Shown here piece after piece: positions 1 through 13,378 of a DNA stretch of 64,000 bases. The stretch's first letter is position 1. The number at the start of each line of letters is the position of its first letter. The DNA lies in assembly GCF_006345805.1 (NCBI RefSeq), contig NC_043002.1, positions 61,876,001-61,940,000 on the forward strand, given 5' to 3'. Under the pieces are notes generated by a model. The model searched no databases, was not told where the DNA came from, and saw only the letters and a program-made list of their open reading frames with translations. The position numbers and the translations under genes are program-made. This DNA comes from Octopus sinensis (Eukaryota).

Positions 1-579
1 AACAAAGAAAAGGAAAACTTCAGAAGATAAAACATTTTCTGTAGTTATCTCAGATTTAAACTAAATTGACTCGATGTAGATTTAAATGTTGCCGTTCAAA
101 TTGAATCATTTTTGCATTGTGCTCAAATATTGAAACAATATTCGTTTCATAATATTTCATAGCTTTCACACCTAATCATTTCTTATTTCGATTTTTACAA
201 GAATTTCTCAAATTTCTGACATCTCTTGTTAATATTATGGCAACCACTTAGAGCAAAGTTGATTATGTCGGATTACGTTTTGCTTTTAGCTGCCAACTAC
301 AATGTCAATTTATTTCTTTAACTTCTGTTTTCAATAAAGCTGATGGGTTAAAGAATATATACTGAGATATGTGACTCTTTCCTTAATATAAGGAAATGTT
401 TCACGTGACAAGCATAAAATATTTCAACGTTATCCAAACCAAAATGAACGGAGAAATGTTAGCAATGCAATGCGAAATGCATCAATCGCTAGTCCCCAAA
501 AATATACACACTTCGCAACATAATGAAATCGTGTGAGTCTGTGTGTGTACAGATACATGTGTATCCGTGTGTTTGTGAA

Positions 580-612
580 TCAACATCATCATCATCATCA
601 TTTTCATCACCA

Positions 613-649
<37 letters not shown>

Positions 650-815
650 TATCATCATCATCATCATCATCATTATTATCATCATCACCATTGCCATCAT
701 CATAATCATCTTCATCATCAGCTTCATCATCAGTATCATCACCACTACCAACACCACCAAAACCACTACTACCAACACCACCATCAATATCGTCGTCATC
801 ATCGTTGTCATCGTT
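580..815. repeat. (CAT)n/(CAC)n trinucleotide microsatellite
   Basis: Runs of catcatcat and caccaccac are directly visible; they explain the poly-M/H/S ORFs at 482-883. Confidence 0.95.
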
Positions 816-1229
816 GTAAGTGTCATCACAGATATGAAGATAATATGAGCAAAATTTTCATCAATATTTTTAATTATGCTTAAACCAGAAATATATATAA
901 TTCTACACAGGTGTGAACATTTGATAAAACCATTAAAAAAACCATGTATATATCTATGTTTTCTATCTATCTAACGTTCTGTTCCTGTGCCTCAATTTCG
1001 GGACCCAAAATATAATACAGGTCCTGCTATTTATATTAACAACCTTAGACGTTTACATCGGTTTACAGTACTTTTTGCTTTGGTAGGATTGTATACAACT
1101 CTGCCAATGTCTTTAGCGAAAACAAGCACAAGATGGAAAGGTAAGAAACAGATAAAATATTCGACTCTAAGGCATTTTGTAACGTTTATATATGCATACA
1201 AAAATATATACACGTACACATAAATAACT

Positions 1230-1537
1230 CACACAAACACACACACTCTCACACACCCACATACACACACACATACATAAACACGTGCATACATATAGAT
1301 ACATAGATACATATACATATACACACGCTTATATATATATATGTAAGTATATAAAAGTATATATATATATATATATATATATTTATTTGTGTGTGTGTGT
1401 TTATATGTACGTATGTATAAATATATGTATATATATATACATATGTGTGTATGTGTATAATATATATAGATATATATATATATATGTGCAAATGCATACA
1501 TATATATATATAATTATACATACATGCATATATATAT

Positions 1538-1598
<61 letters not shown>

Positions 1599-1660
1599 CA
1601 TACATACATACATGCATTTATATATATACATACATACATACATACATTTGTACGTACGTA
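1230..1660. repeat. Compound (TA)n/(CA)n/(TACA)n microsatellite
   Basis: Directly visible; source of the [10 protein letters not shown] ORFs. Confidence 0.95.
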
Positions 1661-1990
1661 GATGCGTGCATCAGTGATGAAATCCAGAATTTTCTGATAT
1701 CGAAAATGTCTTCGAGTCATTTCCACTGAAATAAATTGAAACATTTGAACTCAATGAATCACCTTCATTTTCTTATTTTACCTGACTGGCGTTTCAATAG
1801 AATCTTTCATAAAAAGCCACAAACCTAATTATCCGCTGATCTGCCTATCTGCATGTCGTTTACAATTTGGCATGTTAACTGGCAAATACGAAGGCTGAAG
1901 CCATAGAAAACCCCTCCGCTCTATGAATGTGATGTGTATATATTTATGAATGTAACCGTATACACACACACACACACAAAATCTCCATCT

Positions 1991-2050
<60 letters not shown>

Positions 2051-2120
2051 TTTAGAGATAGTAGGCCCCTTCATCCCACCATATAAAAGAATTTTAATTC
2101 AATTTAATACTTACCACATA

Positions 2121-2225
2121 TATCTCGGCTACACGCGTTTCTTGAGGTTCCTTTTCCGGTCCCTTAACCACGCCGTGTTTTGCAGGAAACTTTCTTAAAA
2201 TATAATCCCAATCATCAGGCCTCTA
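2121..2225 (-). ncRNA. Type I hammerhead ribozyme motif (inverted PLE pLTR-like)
   Basis: Minus strand reads ggc CTGATGA ttggg...ctcaa GAAA C gcgt G TA gcc. The core is intact, stem II is ttggg/ctcaa, and stem I is only about 3 bp. Confidence 0.6.
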
Positions 2226-2540
2226 CATCACTTTATCATAGTTTGATACTAAAAACTCTATTTTAATTTTAAACATATAAATATGTGTATATGTAAATAG
2301 GTTCGCCGGATCTTACTGTACAAGCCATAATTCATATAAAAAATTACAAATAAAAATAAAAGTAAAAATAAAAATACGAAAAAAATTTAAATTTACAAAA
2401 ACTATGTTCTCACGTAACTTATGTCTCTAAATATTAAATTAGTGATATATAGGGATAAAAAATAAAATAAAATATATACTTGTGATGATATAAAATGAAA
2501 GGAATGGTAAATAAATATATTCGAATAAAAATAGATATAC

Positions 2541-3525
2541 ATGCTTTCTGAATTAAAATTAGAAAATTCAAATATAGAAGGGGGCTTATATAGGGATGAT
2601 TTACTTTTAATAACAAAAAATTGTACAAACAGAACTCTTGAAAATTATAAAAAGAAATCATACAGGTTTTTTAAAAATTACGGGTTAGAAACTAATATAT
2701 ATAATGAATATTATAATGTAAACATTTTAGATGTAAATTTGAATATTGCTACAGGGTTAATACAGCCTTTCCATAAACTTAATGAAAACCTAAAATACAT
2801 AAATGCAGAGAGTAATCACCCCCACCTCGGTAAAAAAAAAAAAAACGTTAATAGATAACATAGCGAAAAGGATATCAATGCTCTCTTCGAATTATGAGTC
2901 TCCTAAAACGTTGACTACTACAATGAAGAATTAAGGTTGGCTGGATATAAGCAAGAAATTAAATTCTATAATAAGAATATTAGTAGGAATAATTATAGAA
3001 AATACAAAAATGTAAGTAACCTAAATTGTGTTAATATAGGGAGTAACATAAATGTAAATGTAGACGAGAATAGTAATGTATATGATAATAAAAAGAAAAG
3101 GAAAATTAATATGTATAATAGTCATAATAGGATAACACACCGTAATTTTATGGAATTCAAGATGATAAAATACATAAAAAACAGGAAAAATATAAATGAT
3201 ATAAAGTATAAGGATAGGTTGGGTTTAATGGGGAAGGATTTAAAATTAAACATAATGGAGACACTACTTTAAATAATATAGAAGATAATAACAAGACTTG
3301 TGTAAATAAAGGTAAGGGGATTAATAATATAAACATAAAGAAAAATAATAATAAAATAATATGGTTGATAGTCCCATATGGTACTCAACTTAAAAGTAAT
3401 ATTATTAAAGATATCACTAATACAATAGAATCATGTATTATGGAAAATAAAAAATATATATTGAAATATTTTCTAAAAATAATATAGGACTGGTGTATTC
3501 AACTACTAACAATGTGCAAACATGT
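2541..3525 (+). mobile_element. Decayed Penelope-like retroelement: RT C-terminus and linker
   Basis: Translation gives GLYRDDLL (RT catalytic YxDD), ILDVNLN, KYINAESNHP, AGYKQEIKF, then KIIWLIVPY...KSNI and IFSKNNIGLVYS. These match PLE motifs (Y..SNHP, IIWFNPP, IFN.N..K.SYS). Several frameshifts. Confidence 0.8.
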
Positions 3526-3535
3526 GAATATATAA

Positions 3536-3539
<4 letters not shown>

Positions 3540-3617
<78 letters not shown>

Positions 3618-3973
3618 CATATAAATATATGTATATGTATCTATGAACATACAGTACATGTCTGTGAAAATGTGTGTGTGTGTATGTGTGTTTCTGTATG
3701 TGAGTACGTAAAAATATATACTATGTGAAGACGTATGTTGTAGGTAATGAAACATTCGCAAGAAAATAAAGTATTCAATAAGACGAGGAGAAAAGAGAGC
3801 CTTGGCGTCAGGTTCATAGCGAAATTGATATAGCTTTAGATATTGTGATATATGAATTAATAGTCAGATCCAATACCGAATAGAAGTATTGAGATATATA
3901 CAATTCATGAACTGACACTACAACATACCTACATACATATATATGTAAGTGTGTGTATGTAGGTATATATATA

Positions 3974-4016
<43 letters not shown>

Positions 4017-4034
4017 ATATAATATATACATATG

Positions 4035-4065
<31 letters not shown>

Positions 4066-4166
4066 GTATATATATACGTATATATATATATATATATATG
4101 TATATGTATATATATGTTATATATATATATATGTATATATATGTATATATTATATATATGTATATA

Positions 4167-4244
<78 letters not shown>

Positions 4245-4918
4245 TATGTACATATATATATATATACATTATGTACATATATATATATATATATATATAT
4301 CTATATATATATATATATATATATATATTCGGACCAATGAAGTCGATTGTAATGTATAAGGATTAATGGAACCTAGATAGGATTTTGCATGGAGTAATGG
4401 GCATAGAGTATCAGGTGAGTAATTTCTCCGCTCTATCTCACATTGTCTTCCATTCTTTCTTCATATCGCTATACACATATACCCACCCTCTCTCACACAC
4501 ATACATACATTGAATGCGTGTGTATTTTTGTTGAATATGTGTTTATGGGTTTGTCACCGGCAGCTATGTATTTGTATATTAGTATAATGATAGATTGGTT
4601 GATGGGCCGTGGAAAGCCATCATCTTGCATCGATGAATTGTCGTGCCCCCCCCTCCCCAGATACGCACACATTTGCACACACATATATATTTCCATAAGC
4701 ATCGTGTGGTGCTCGCCTGTGCGTGTTTAAGTGAATATATGATAATATGCCAGGATGTGATCGAAGGAATCAGTAAATATATATATGCATATATATAAAT
4801 TTACTGCTGTGGGTGTGTTTTTTAATGCTTCCAATCTTACCGGTTCTGCTGTAAGGTATCGATCTATCTATCTAACTATCTATCTATCTATCTATCTATC
4901 ATCTATCTATCTATCTAT

Positions 4919-4976
<58 letters not shown>

Positions 4977-5003
4977 TATACATATATACATACACACACA
5001 TAT

Positions 5004-5078
<75 letters not shown>

Positions 5079-5100
5079 CATATGTATATGTATATATATA
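3540..5100. repeat. Large (TA)n-rich arrays (about 3540-3620, 3950-4330, 4860-5100) with (CTAT)n
   Basis: Directly visible. Confidence 0.9.
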
Positions 5101-5379
5101 TATTCTTACAGCAGAACCTACGTATGTTTTCTCTGGGTATTGCAAGCACGGAGAAGGATTACGACTGCCAATCTAAATAAGAGAGTTTCCTACGTATGCT
5201 TTTTCACAGGCTGTGTATATAGCTATAACGCATATATTGACAATTGTATTCTTCTTGGCTAAATTAAATAAACGGCAGAAAATTACTGAATTGTATGAGA
5301 TCACCTTTAAGGCACATTTCCCTGTTTTATTTTGTATTTTCCCTCCAACCGCATACATTTTATAACGATATTCGTTTCC

Positions 5380-5590
5380 CTTCTTCTTCTTCTTCTTCTT
5401 CTTCTTCTTCTTCTTCTTCTTCTTCTTCTTCTTCTTCTTCTTCTCCTTCTTCTTCTTCTTCTTCTTCTTCTTATTTTTCTTCTTTTTCTTTTTTTTTTCT
5501 TCTCTTCTTCTTCTTCATCTTCTTCATCTTCATCATCATCATTATCGTGGTGGTGGTTGTCGTCATCGTCATCATTATCATCATCATTAA
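5380..5590. repeat. (CTT)n/(CAT)n microsatellite
   Basis: Directly visible; explains the poly-S/L/R ORFs. Confidence 0.95.
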
Positions 5591-8500
5591 TGCTGTAGAT
5601 ATGAAATATCAATGCAGGTGGTGATCATAATATAAATAACAGCAAAACAAGAACAATAAAAATAATAACAGTAACGGTGATGATGAAGATGATGATGATG
5701 ATGTCTGTATCGCCGGCAACTAAACCGACTTCCGTGCTGAAGGTGCTCTTTGAGTGTTTTCTTTTTCAATGTGATCACTCTGGAAGACGGTAAACGGGAC
5801 CTTAGAAAGGACAAACCCCGAGGAGTCAATGACCATCCACATAGCATTTCTTTATTAACAGTGTTCTCTATGAAGACAGTTGAGGCTTAGTATAGCACCA
5901 GTTACATGAATGAAAAATGCGAAAAAAATAAAACAGGCAAAAAGCAACTTGATGGAGAAAATTCAACCAAATAGGGCAGTTTGTCTGCTTAGACTTTGCT
6001 GTCAAGCTCCTAGAGATGTATTGATAAAAATGATTAGTGTTTGTCATACCTTATCCCCACAATTCTTTTTATATGTGTTAAGTCAAATAATAATAATCAG
6101 AACAAGTTTTATTTTTGTGTTCGTTTCTGTCGAAGAGCGTAGGCTCGAAACTAAAATGACTTTCTCACTTTCCGAGCGTCAAACTAATACATAAGTCTGT
6201 TGTTTACGCACCCATCTTCATCTTTTTTTTTTGTAAATTCTCACTATATAAATCATACAAATCCATCCAATGGCAATCGATTAGTCAAGCTCCGTTAAAT
6301 GAGAGATAACCCTTCTTCCGTTATGTGACATAGGTGAGATACCGCCATATTTGTAATTTGTATGGAGAAAGCATCTGAGAATAAATTTTCGGCAGTCTTT
6401 AGGCAAATATTCATTTAAAGCTTCATAGAATTTCCTCACGCTTCGTTGACAACATCTTATAATAAGAAAATATAACCATTGATTACCGAAATAATTATGA
6501 CAAAAATATTAAACACCATCTCCATTGGCTATATTGGCCAATAGATATTTTTGGAGAAACTTCACGTTGTCTTTTTAATTTATCACTGCAAGAGGGAATT
6601 TTGTAGCTCCAGAACACTTAATTGAACGAACATTTCAAATCAATATATGAAATATATGAGACCATAACATATATTTTTATAATATGTTGAAGGTTTATAA
6701 TATGTTGGAGATTCTTTCTCCCCAAAATCATTGTTCAGATCCCACACCATAACGGCTAAGGTGTTAATGCACAACGGAAGAGCTGTTCATAAAGTTAGTC
6801 TCTTTAACGTATTTCTGTATTCCTTAATCTCTTGTGAGGGTTTCAATTGTTGGAGTTTAACCCATTTGAAGAGTAGCTTTCAAGAGTCAGCATATATTGT
6901 GGTTCATCAGAAGCCCCAAAGGTTTGTTGTAGCAAACAGATTTCCTATTTTGAACGCCCAGTATATTAGTATCTATAGTCAGCCAAGAACAACGTAACGG
7001 AATATGTTAGGATTTGACTCCTCTGCAAGTGAGATATAGTGGTAAACTTTTTTTTGCGCTGTTGTTTTTTTTTTCCATCAGTCTATTCATTACTTGTTCT
7101 ATTTCCATTTTTGTCAGTTGTGTAATGGCAAAGTATAGAAAATTCATTTACAAAATTTGTATAGGAACTTAATTTATGAAGTAGATAGATCTTCAGCATA
7201 ACGAAAGTGATTATGAACTAGAGGATATAGAAAATCGTCTGAGCAATGTCGTATTTACGATATACGATAGACCATTAATCTACGATAGTAAAATAGGACA
7301 CACTAGAACGAGGAAAATGGCTGCTATTACGCAATTGACATGTAGAATGGAAACGACTACCGAAAAGACGAAGTTCAGACAAACGATTCAGAAATATAAG
7401 AAAAATAACATCTATAAAACAGGACCACAAAAACAGATAAATAGATCTATACAAACGAAGTTGACTAAAGAGAGATGTAAACAGTAAAAGAATTAGCAAA
7501 TAAAACGAAAGCAGACGTAATAAACTATATTAGAAAGCAGACAAAGGAAACGATAGCAATTTTAAAAGAAATAAAGTCGTTCCAATCCACTGCGAATAAC
7601 AACACAAGACAGATCTCACCGGAATAACATAGTGTCAAAAAAAAAACACGGTCAATGTAGAAACCAAGACATATGTTCGAATGCGTGTGTATTTGTGTTT
7701 TTGAGTATACGTATATATATGTACGCGCACACACACACACATAGATATATGCATGAGTGTGTGGGTCTGCATGGCATGCTGGATAGGTGTGTGTGAGTGA
7801 GTACGTGTTTGTGAATTAAATGAAATCAGCTAAAGAAGTCATTTTTAGAATGGAGAATAATATGTATTTCAATAGCACAGACGGGCAAGTTTATCTTTAC
7901 ATACACTCTACAATTTCCAGTCATTAAGGTCATATCCCTCTTAATTATTTTTTTTTCTTCAAGCAAATTAACTAGATCATGAGAATGCTCTACGTTATCA
8001 GTGAAGCGTATATCTCTGCTGAAGATCATGTAGTATGATCGCAGTTCTGCACTCACCAAGTATGGCGCTTGCTGCTGTTATTCACGTGGCTAACGGTGAC
8101 GTAATTTTCTTTTTTTTCGAATGTCCTCATCTATCACCTGAAGGCAATCTACAAAATATATATATCTTCAAATGATATTCACCAGACCAACTGGATCGGG
8201 AACTTTCAACATACGCAGAAATATTCAGGATATTTGGTTCAGAGATCCTCATTCATTGCCAACATCTTACCAGATTTAAACCGTAAACGGTACACGTTAA
8301 TCGCTTCTGCTTGAGTTAGATTTTGTCAATTGATACGCATATTATTATTTCACTTACTTCTCATCCAATTTTGTCCTCTTTCATTTCAAGGTTTTAGATA
8401 TTTTCTTCTGTCGAGCGGTTCGCACAGAGAAGCAGAGATTCAACTCCAGAGAATCGGGGGGCACAGTAGAATATAATGCAATATAATATGATACAATATA

Positions 8501-8716
8501 TTGGTTTCCAAATACGATACTTGTCGAGTAAGTTCAAGAGTGGCTTAAGTCAATTAAAATGACCCCAACACTCACCTGTTTGTGCCTTTATCGAGCTCGA
8601 AACGAATGTGAACTTAAAACATAAAAACAAATGAAAAGCCGCTGGACAGTTTCCTTGGCGTGCTAACGATTCTGCCGGCACCCAACCTTAATGTAATACA
8701 ATATATTGTAATGTGA

Positions 8717-9010
8717 AAGCGCATGGCTCAGTGGTTAAAACGCTGGGCCCATAATAATGAGGTAGTGATTTCGATTCCTGGGTCGGGCAGTGTGTTGTGT
8801 TCTTGAGCAAGACACTTTATTTCCCATTGTTGTAGAAATGAATTGCGACATCACGGCCTTTACCTTTCCTTTGGATAACACCAGTGGCGCGGAGAAGGGT
8901 GGCTCGTATACATGGGTGACTGCTGGTTTCCATAAGCAAATCTGACCGAACTTGTGCCTCGGAGGGAAACTTTCTAGGTGCAATGCAATGGCCACTCGTG
9001 GCCGTAGAAA
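8717..9010 (+). mobile_element. tRNA-headed SINE, family C
   Basis: A-box-like tggctcagtggt, B-box-like gatttcgattcc, then gtgttcttgagcaagacactttatt, which is shared with the copy at 55226-55378. Confidence 0.75.
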
Positions 9011-9049
9011 GTTTGACTTTTACTCAATATTGCAATATAATATAACCTC

Positions 9050-9240
9050 ATAATGCGGCATACTGACATGCCTGGCAAATTAGCTAGCGGCATTTCGTCG
9101 CTCTTTACGTTCAAACGCAGCCGGTATCGGGTCTGCCCTCCAGCCTTACGGGGTCAACAATATAAGCAACAATTGATCACCGGGGTCGAGATAATCGACC
9201 TACCCGCAGCTCCAGAATTGCTGGCCTTCTTGCATGACTT
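9050..9240 (+). mobile_element. SINE family B, diverged
   Basis: Contains tagcggcatttcgtc...ctttacgttc and ggggtcgagataatcgac, shared with other family B copies in the window. Confidence 0.6.
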
Positions 9241-9516
9241 GAAACCATTATGTTATGGTATGCTATGATATGAAATGATATGTTACCTGTGTGTATGTGT
9301 GTGTGTGTTGTATGTGTGTGTGTAAACACATATGTAGAAGAACAGATATTGTCAAATACAAGTATATCTTGAATTGTGCACAAGCATATATGATTGTATA
9401 CAGGTATATATATGCATGTACACACGCACTCAAACACACACACACACACACACACCTACACACTCACACACACACATATATATATATAAATGTATGTATT
9501 TCTGTATGCCTGTCTG

Positions 9517-9580
<64 letters not shown>

Positions 9581-10149
9581 TACATACACACACACACACA
9601 TACTTGTGTGTTTCTGGCTGTATTTTCGTATAATCACCTATTTTGCAGCAAGTAATCAGGAATTTGAAAATCTAATTAGTAAACGAGTTTAATTAAACAC
9701 TATACCGATTATGACCGTATAGCAATAAGACAATATTCATTTATCAATGCGGTCATCACCGTAATTATTTTCGTTTTTATTGTTATTAATTTCTGTTGAT
9801 TTTATTATTATAGATAAAGATTAAATTGTTGCTGCTATATGTTTAAGAAGCATAAAGATTTCTTTCGCGTAATGTTGGTAATAATTAGAAAAATATAATA
9901 GTATAGAATAAGAATATAATAGAAATTTTAGTATTGTTATTTTATTAGAATTACCATTATCGGCGGAAGTATTCCTATTAATGCTAATGGCGTAGATAAT
10001 TTTTCAGTTTTCTATTAAACTTATGAAAGTAGAGACTGTTAATGATAACAGTAGGAACAATGATTTTTTAACGACGTAATTGTTTCTTACGTAAATTATA
10101 ATCACAACAATAAATATCGTGATACTGCTGCTGCGACTATTACTACTAT

Positions 10150-10376
10150 CAATGATAACTATCCTTTCTGGTATGGGCTTCAGAAGGCCTGAAATTTGAA
10201 AGTCGATAGTCGATTACTTCGATCTCTGTGCTTGACTGGTACTTTTTATCGAACTGCAAAGGATGCAAGTCGAAGTCGGTCTTGGGGGAATTTGAACTTA
10301 AAATTTTAAAAGATGGAAGAAATTCCGCTGAGCATTTTTGCCCGGCGTGCTAACAGCTCTGCTATCTCATCGCCTC
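10150..10376 (-). mobile_element. SINE family B
   Basis: Reverse complement of the head (cggcgtgctaacagctctgc...cgcct) and the actggtactt motif. Confidence 0.7.
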
Positions 10377-10379
10377 ACG

Positions 10380-10425
10380 ACTACTACTACTACCACTACT
10401 ACCACTACTACTACTACTACTACTA

Positions 10426-10460
<35 letters not shown>

Positions 10461-10535
10461 GTAATAATAATAATAATAATAATAATGATAATAATAACAA
10501 CAACAACAACAACAACATCAACAACAATAATAATG
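10380..10535. repeat. (ACT)n-(AAT)n-(AAC)n compound microsatellite
   Basis: Directly visible. Confidence 0.95.
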
Positions 10536-10539
10536 ATAA

Positions 10540-10680
10540 ATACGTGTTGTCGTAGGTGCCCTAGAAATGAGAACAAAAGGGGCTGATTACTATCTAGCTC
10601 AGATACCAAGAAACTCCAAAATGGCAGAAATTCAAAAGATAACCCTTATAAGAACTGCCCATATCTCCAGGACAGAAGCC
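10540..10680 (+). mobile_element. 3' remnant of an R4/Dong-like LINE, diverged subfamily
   Basis: VVGALEMRTKGADYYLAQIPRNSKMAEIQKITLIRTAHISR aligns with IVGALGMIKKYSDKYITKTPGLTNTYNIQKIALLGTAHILR in ORF 17640-18329. It lies directly after an (AAT)n/(AAC)n run. Confidence 0.75.
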
Positions 10681-11359
10681 GCGGGGGAGTTGTCCACATT
10701 TTCGGAAATTTTTACTTCAAAACTAGAAAACCTAGCTATTTGGTTCAATGGAGACAAACAAGATTTTTTTTTCTATTTATACTATTTTAAATTATAGCAT
10801 TCTGTCCATTTCTAAATTTTCAAGTCTTAATATTTTGTAACCAAATAAAGAATTAATATACCATACTAGCTTATATTTATCCTGCATACATTATTTAAAA
10901 AAATTTATAATATAAAGAAATTTAAATAAAGTGGAATTAGAATCTTTTTGATATTTTCCTGTATAGGATTGCATAAACCCTATATATCCAATGAAATTAT
11001 TTAGTTCACCTCCCTTGATTACCTCCCTTTCATTACGTTTTAATATATCTTATAGACTCTTGATATACGTGCTAATTGATGAGGCTTTTTTTTTACAGTT
11101 AATAAATATTATGTCAAGTATATTCTTTTAATTTAACTCATTAATAAAATAAATCACAATTTATTAACTAACTACGAATCTATATTAATAGAAATTTATA
11201 TATATATATATAAAATAAATATAAGAGAGTGGTCACTATATGGCTCACTCTAGCACCAGTTAATCCAAAAGGTTTCAACCACAAAAATACATGTTTCCCA
11301 TGAAAGCCAGTACGATTGTTAGCTCACACGGACAGGGCAAATAAAAAATAACAAAAATA

Positions 11360-11455
11360 CAGATTATTTTGGGACAATTGTTTCGCTATTAATGAATTAA
11401 ATGTAATTTTACTTACAAAAAAATCCACTTGTAGCTCCTCAGCCAAAACTATCTG
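11360..11455 (-). ncRNA. Mirror-image type I hammerhead ribozyme in the left palindrome arm
   Basis: Exact reverse complement of 11550-11645. Confidence 0.85.
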
Positions 11456-11549
11456 GATGAAATCCACTCAATCACACGCCAGATTTTACCATAACGATAA
11501 ATACGCATCGTTATGGTAAAATCTGGCGTGTGATTGAGTGGATTTCATC

Positions 11550-11645
11550 CAGATAGTTTTGGCTGAGGAGCTACAAGTGGATTTTTTTGTAAGTAAAATT
11601 ACATTTAATTCATTAATAGCGAAACAATTGTCCCAAAATAATCTG
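11550..11645 (+). ncRNA. Type I hammerhead ribozyme, intact core
   Basis: cagatagttttgg CTGAGGA gcta...tagc GAAA C aatt G TC ccaaaataatctg. Stem I pairs 11 of 13 positions, stem II is gcta/tagc, stem III is the self-palindromic ACAATTGT. Predicted cleavage after C11632. Confidence 0.85.
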
Positions 11646-13048
11646 TATTTTTGTTATTTTTTATTTGCCCTGTCCGTGTGAGCTAACAATCGTACTGGCT
11701 TTCATGGGAAACATGTATTTTTGTGGTTGAAACCTTTTGGATTAACTGGTGCTAGAGTGAGCCATATAGTGACCACTCTCTTATATTTATTTTGTAAAAA
11801 TATTATAATATATTATAAAATATTATAATAATCCAGGTTTCTCTGAGCACTAGGCCACTTGGTGTTGAATAGATATACTATTAAATTAGTATCTAATTCT
11901 CTCACCCTTATTAATTAATTATATATATATATATATATATATGAATATGAAATGATTTCTATATTTTCTATCCCTATATAAGATACTAAAATTTATTAGA
12001 ATTCTTTGGTAAAACTATCTAAAGGATATTTATTTAAAATTCACAAGTGGAATTATAACTGTTAAATGGTAAAGGACAATAGAAACCCCTAGAGCATTAG
12101 TAGTCTCTATTATCCCTACCCCATTAGCTTCAGCCTACTACATTTAGCTAAAATACATTCAAATATGCCTAAGTTAAATTCCTCAAAATGGGGATGGATT
12201 GATGGCTTCGACATTTGTACTACCTCTTCCTCTATCTATAAATAGAAACAAATTATTGTTTCTCTCCATTGAACCAAATAAAGAAACGCACTCCCCATTG
12301 ATAAATTTAAATAAGAAAGTGAACTCAGTGATAAAAAAATCTACAGATTGAGAAGGACCTTCTACTGAATGTGACAACTCGCAGATTTTTATATAATTTT
12401 GTAATAAAGGTACCAAATTTTGTGGAGACGACGGAATTTCACAAATATATTATTTTTGTCGGCCGCGTAGAGATGTAATTAAAACCAGTCTTGTTACACG
12501 AATTTTTGTAAGAGTGATATAATGTAAAGCATTTTGCCAACGTTCTAACGTCTGTGCCACCTCACCACATGGTAGCAATAATAATAATAATGAAAACACA
12601 CACATGGACACACAAATGCGCGAGATCATATACATATGTTTACAAACGAATGCATTTTATTATGAGTGTGTGTGCGTTCCATTTAACTTGTCTATTAACG
12701 AGCTAATGATTAGCCTATGAAATTTAGTCTCATATTTCATACGTATATTATTATATAATTTGTGTGAAATGCGGTATTGTATTTGAATGTCATTCTTTTG
12801 TTTATATGCGTGTCTTTGTTTCTTCGTTTGTTAGAAGCAGTTTTAATTCATATTTTATAATTACATTTCAACATCAATTTGGTCTGCATGACAACTGTTA
12901 ATCAGAAATATATAGAATTAAATAATGTTTATTCTGCTAATTAGTGAAAGAGAAATATGTTCAGATGGTGATGATCAGATAGTTCTGATGACGAAATATA
13001 ATAACTTTCACGTAAACGTTATGCCTACGCTTGCGATTACTCTTTTAA

Positions 13049-13378
13049 TCTTTTACTTGTTTCAGTGATTTGACTGCGGTCATGCTGGAGCACCGCCTTT
13101 AGTCGAGCAAATGGACCCCATGACTTCTAATTTTTAAGCCTAGTACTTATTCTATCGGTTTCCTTTGCCAAACCGCTAAGTTACGGCGACGTAAGCACAC
13201 CAGCATTGGTTGTCAAGCGTTGTTGGGGGACAAAAACACACACACAAACATACACACACACACGCATACATATATATATATATATATATATATACGACGG
13301 GCTTCTTTCAGTTTCCATTACCAAATCCACTCACAAGGTTTTGGTCGGCCCGAGGCTATAGTAGAAGACACTTTCCCA
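13049..13378 (-). mobile_element. SINE family A, head partly missing
   Basis: Shares ttttacttgtttcagt...catgctggagcaccgcctttagtcgagcaaa and acgggcttctttcagtttcc with the copies at 34761 and 36798. Confidence 0.85.

Larger units (their letters stand above)
11212..11793. repeat. Long palindrome: 287-bp arms (11212-11498 and 11507-11793) with 8-nt spacer aaatacgc
   Basis: The arms are exact reverse complements, with no mismatch seen by eye. Confidence 0.97.

Noticed and set aside
6870-6915. Minus-strand CTGATGA...GAAAGCTACTC hammerhead-like spacing
   Set aside because: Neither stem I nor stem II pairs.
8717-8790. tRNA-like A/B boxes here and at other SINE heads
   Set aside because: They continue into repeated SINE bodies and lack a complete cloverleaf; these are SINE heads, not tRNA genes.
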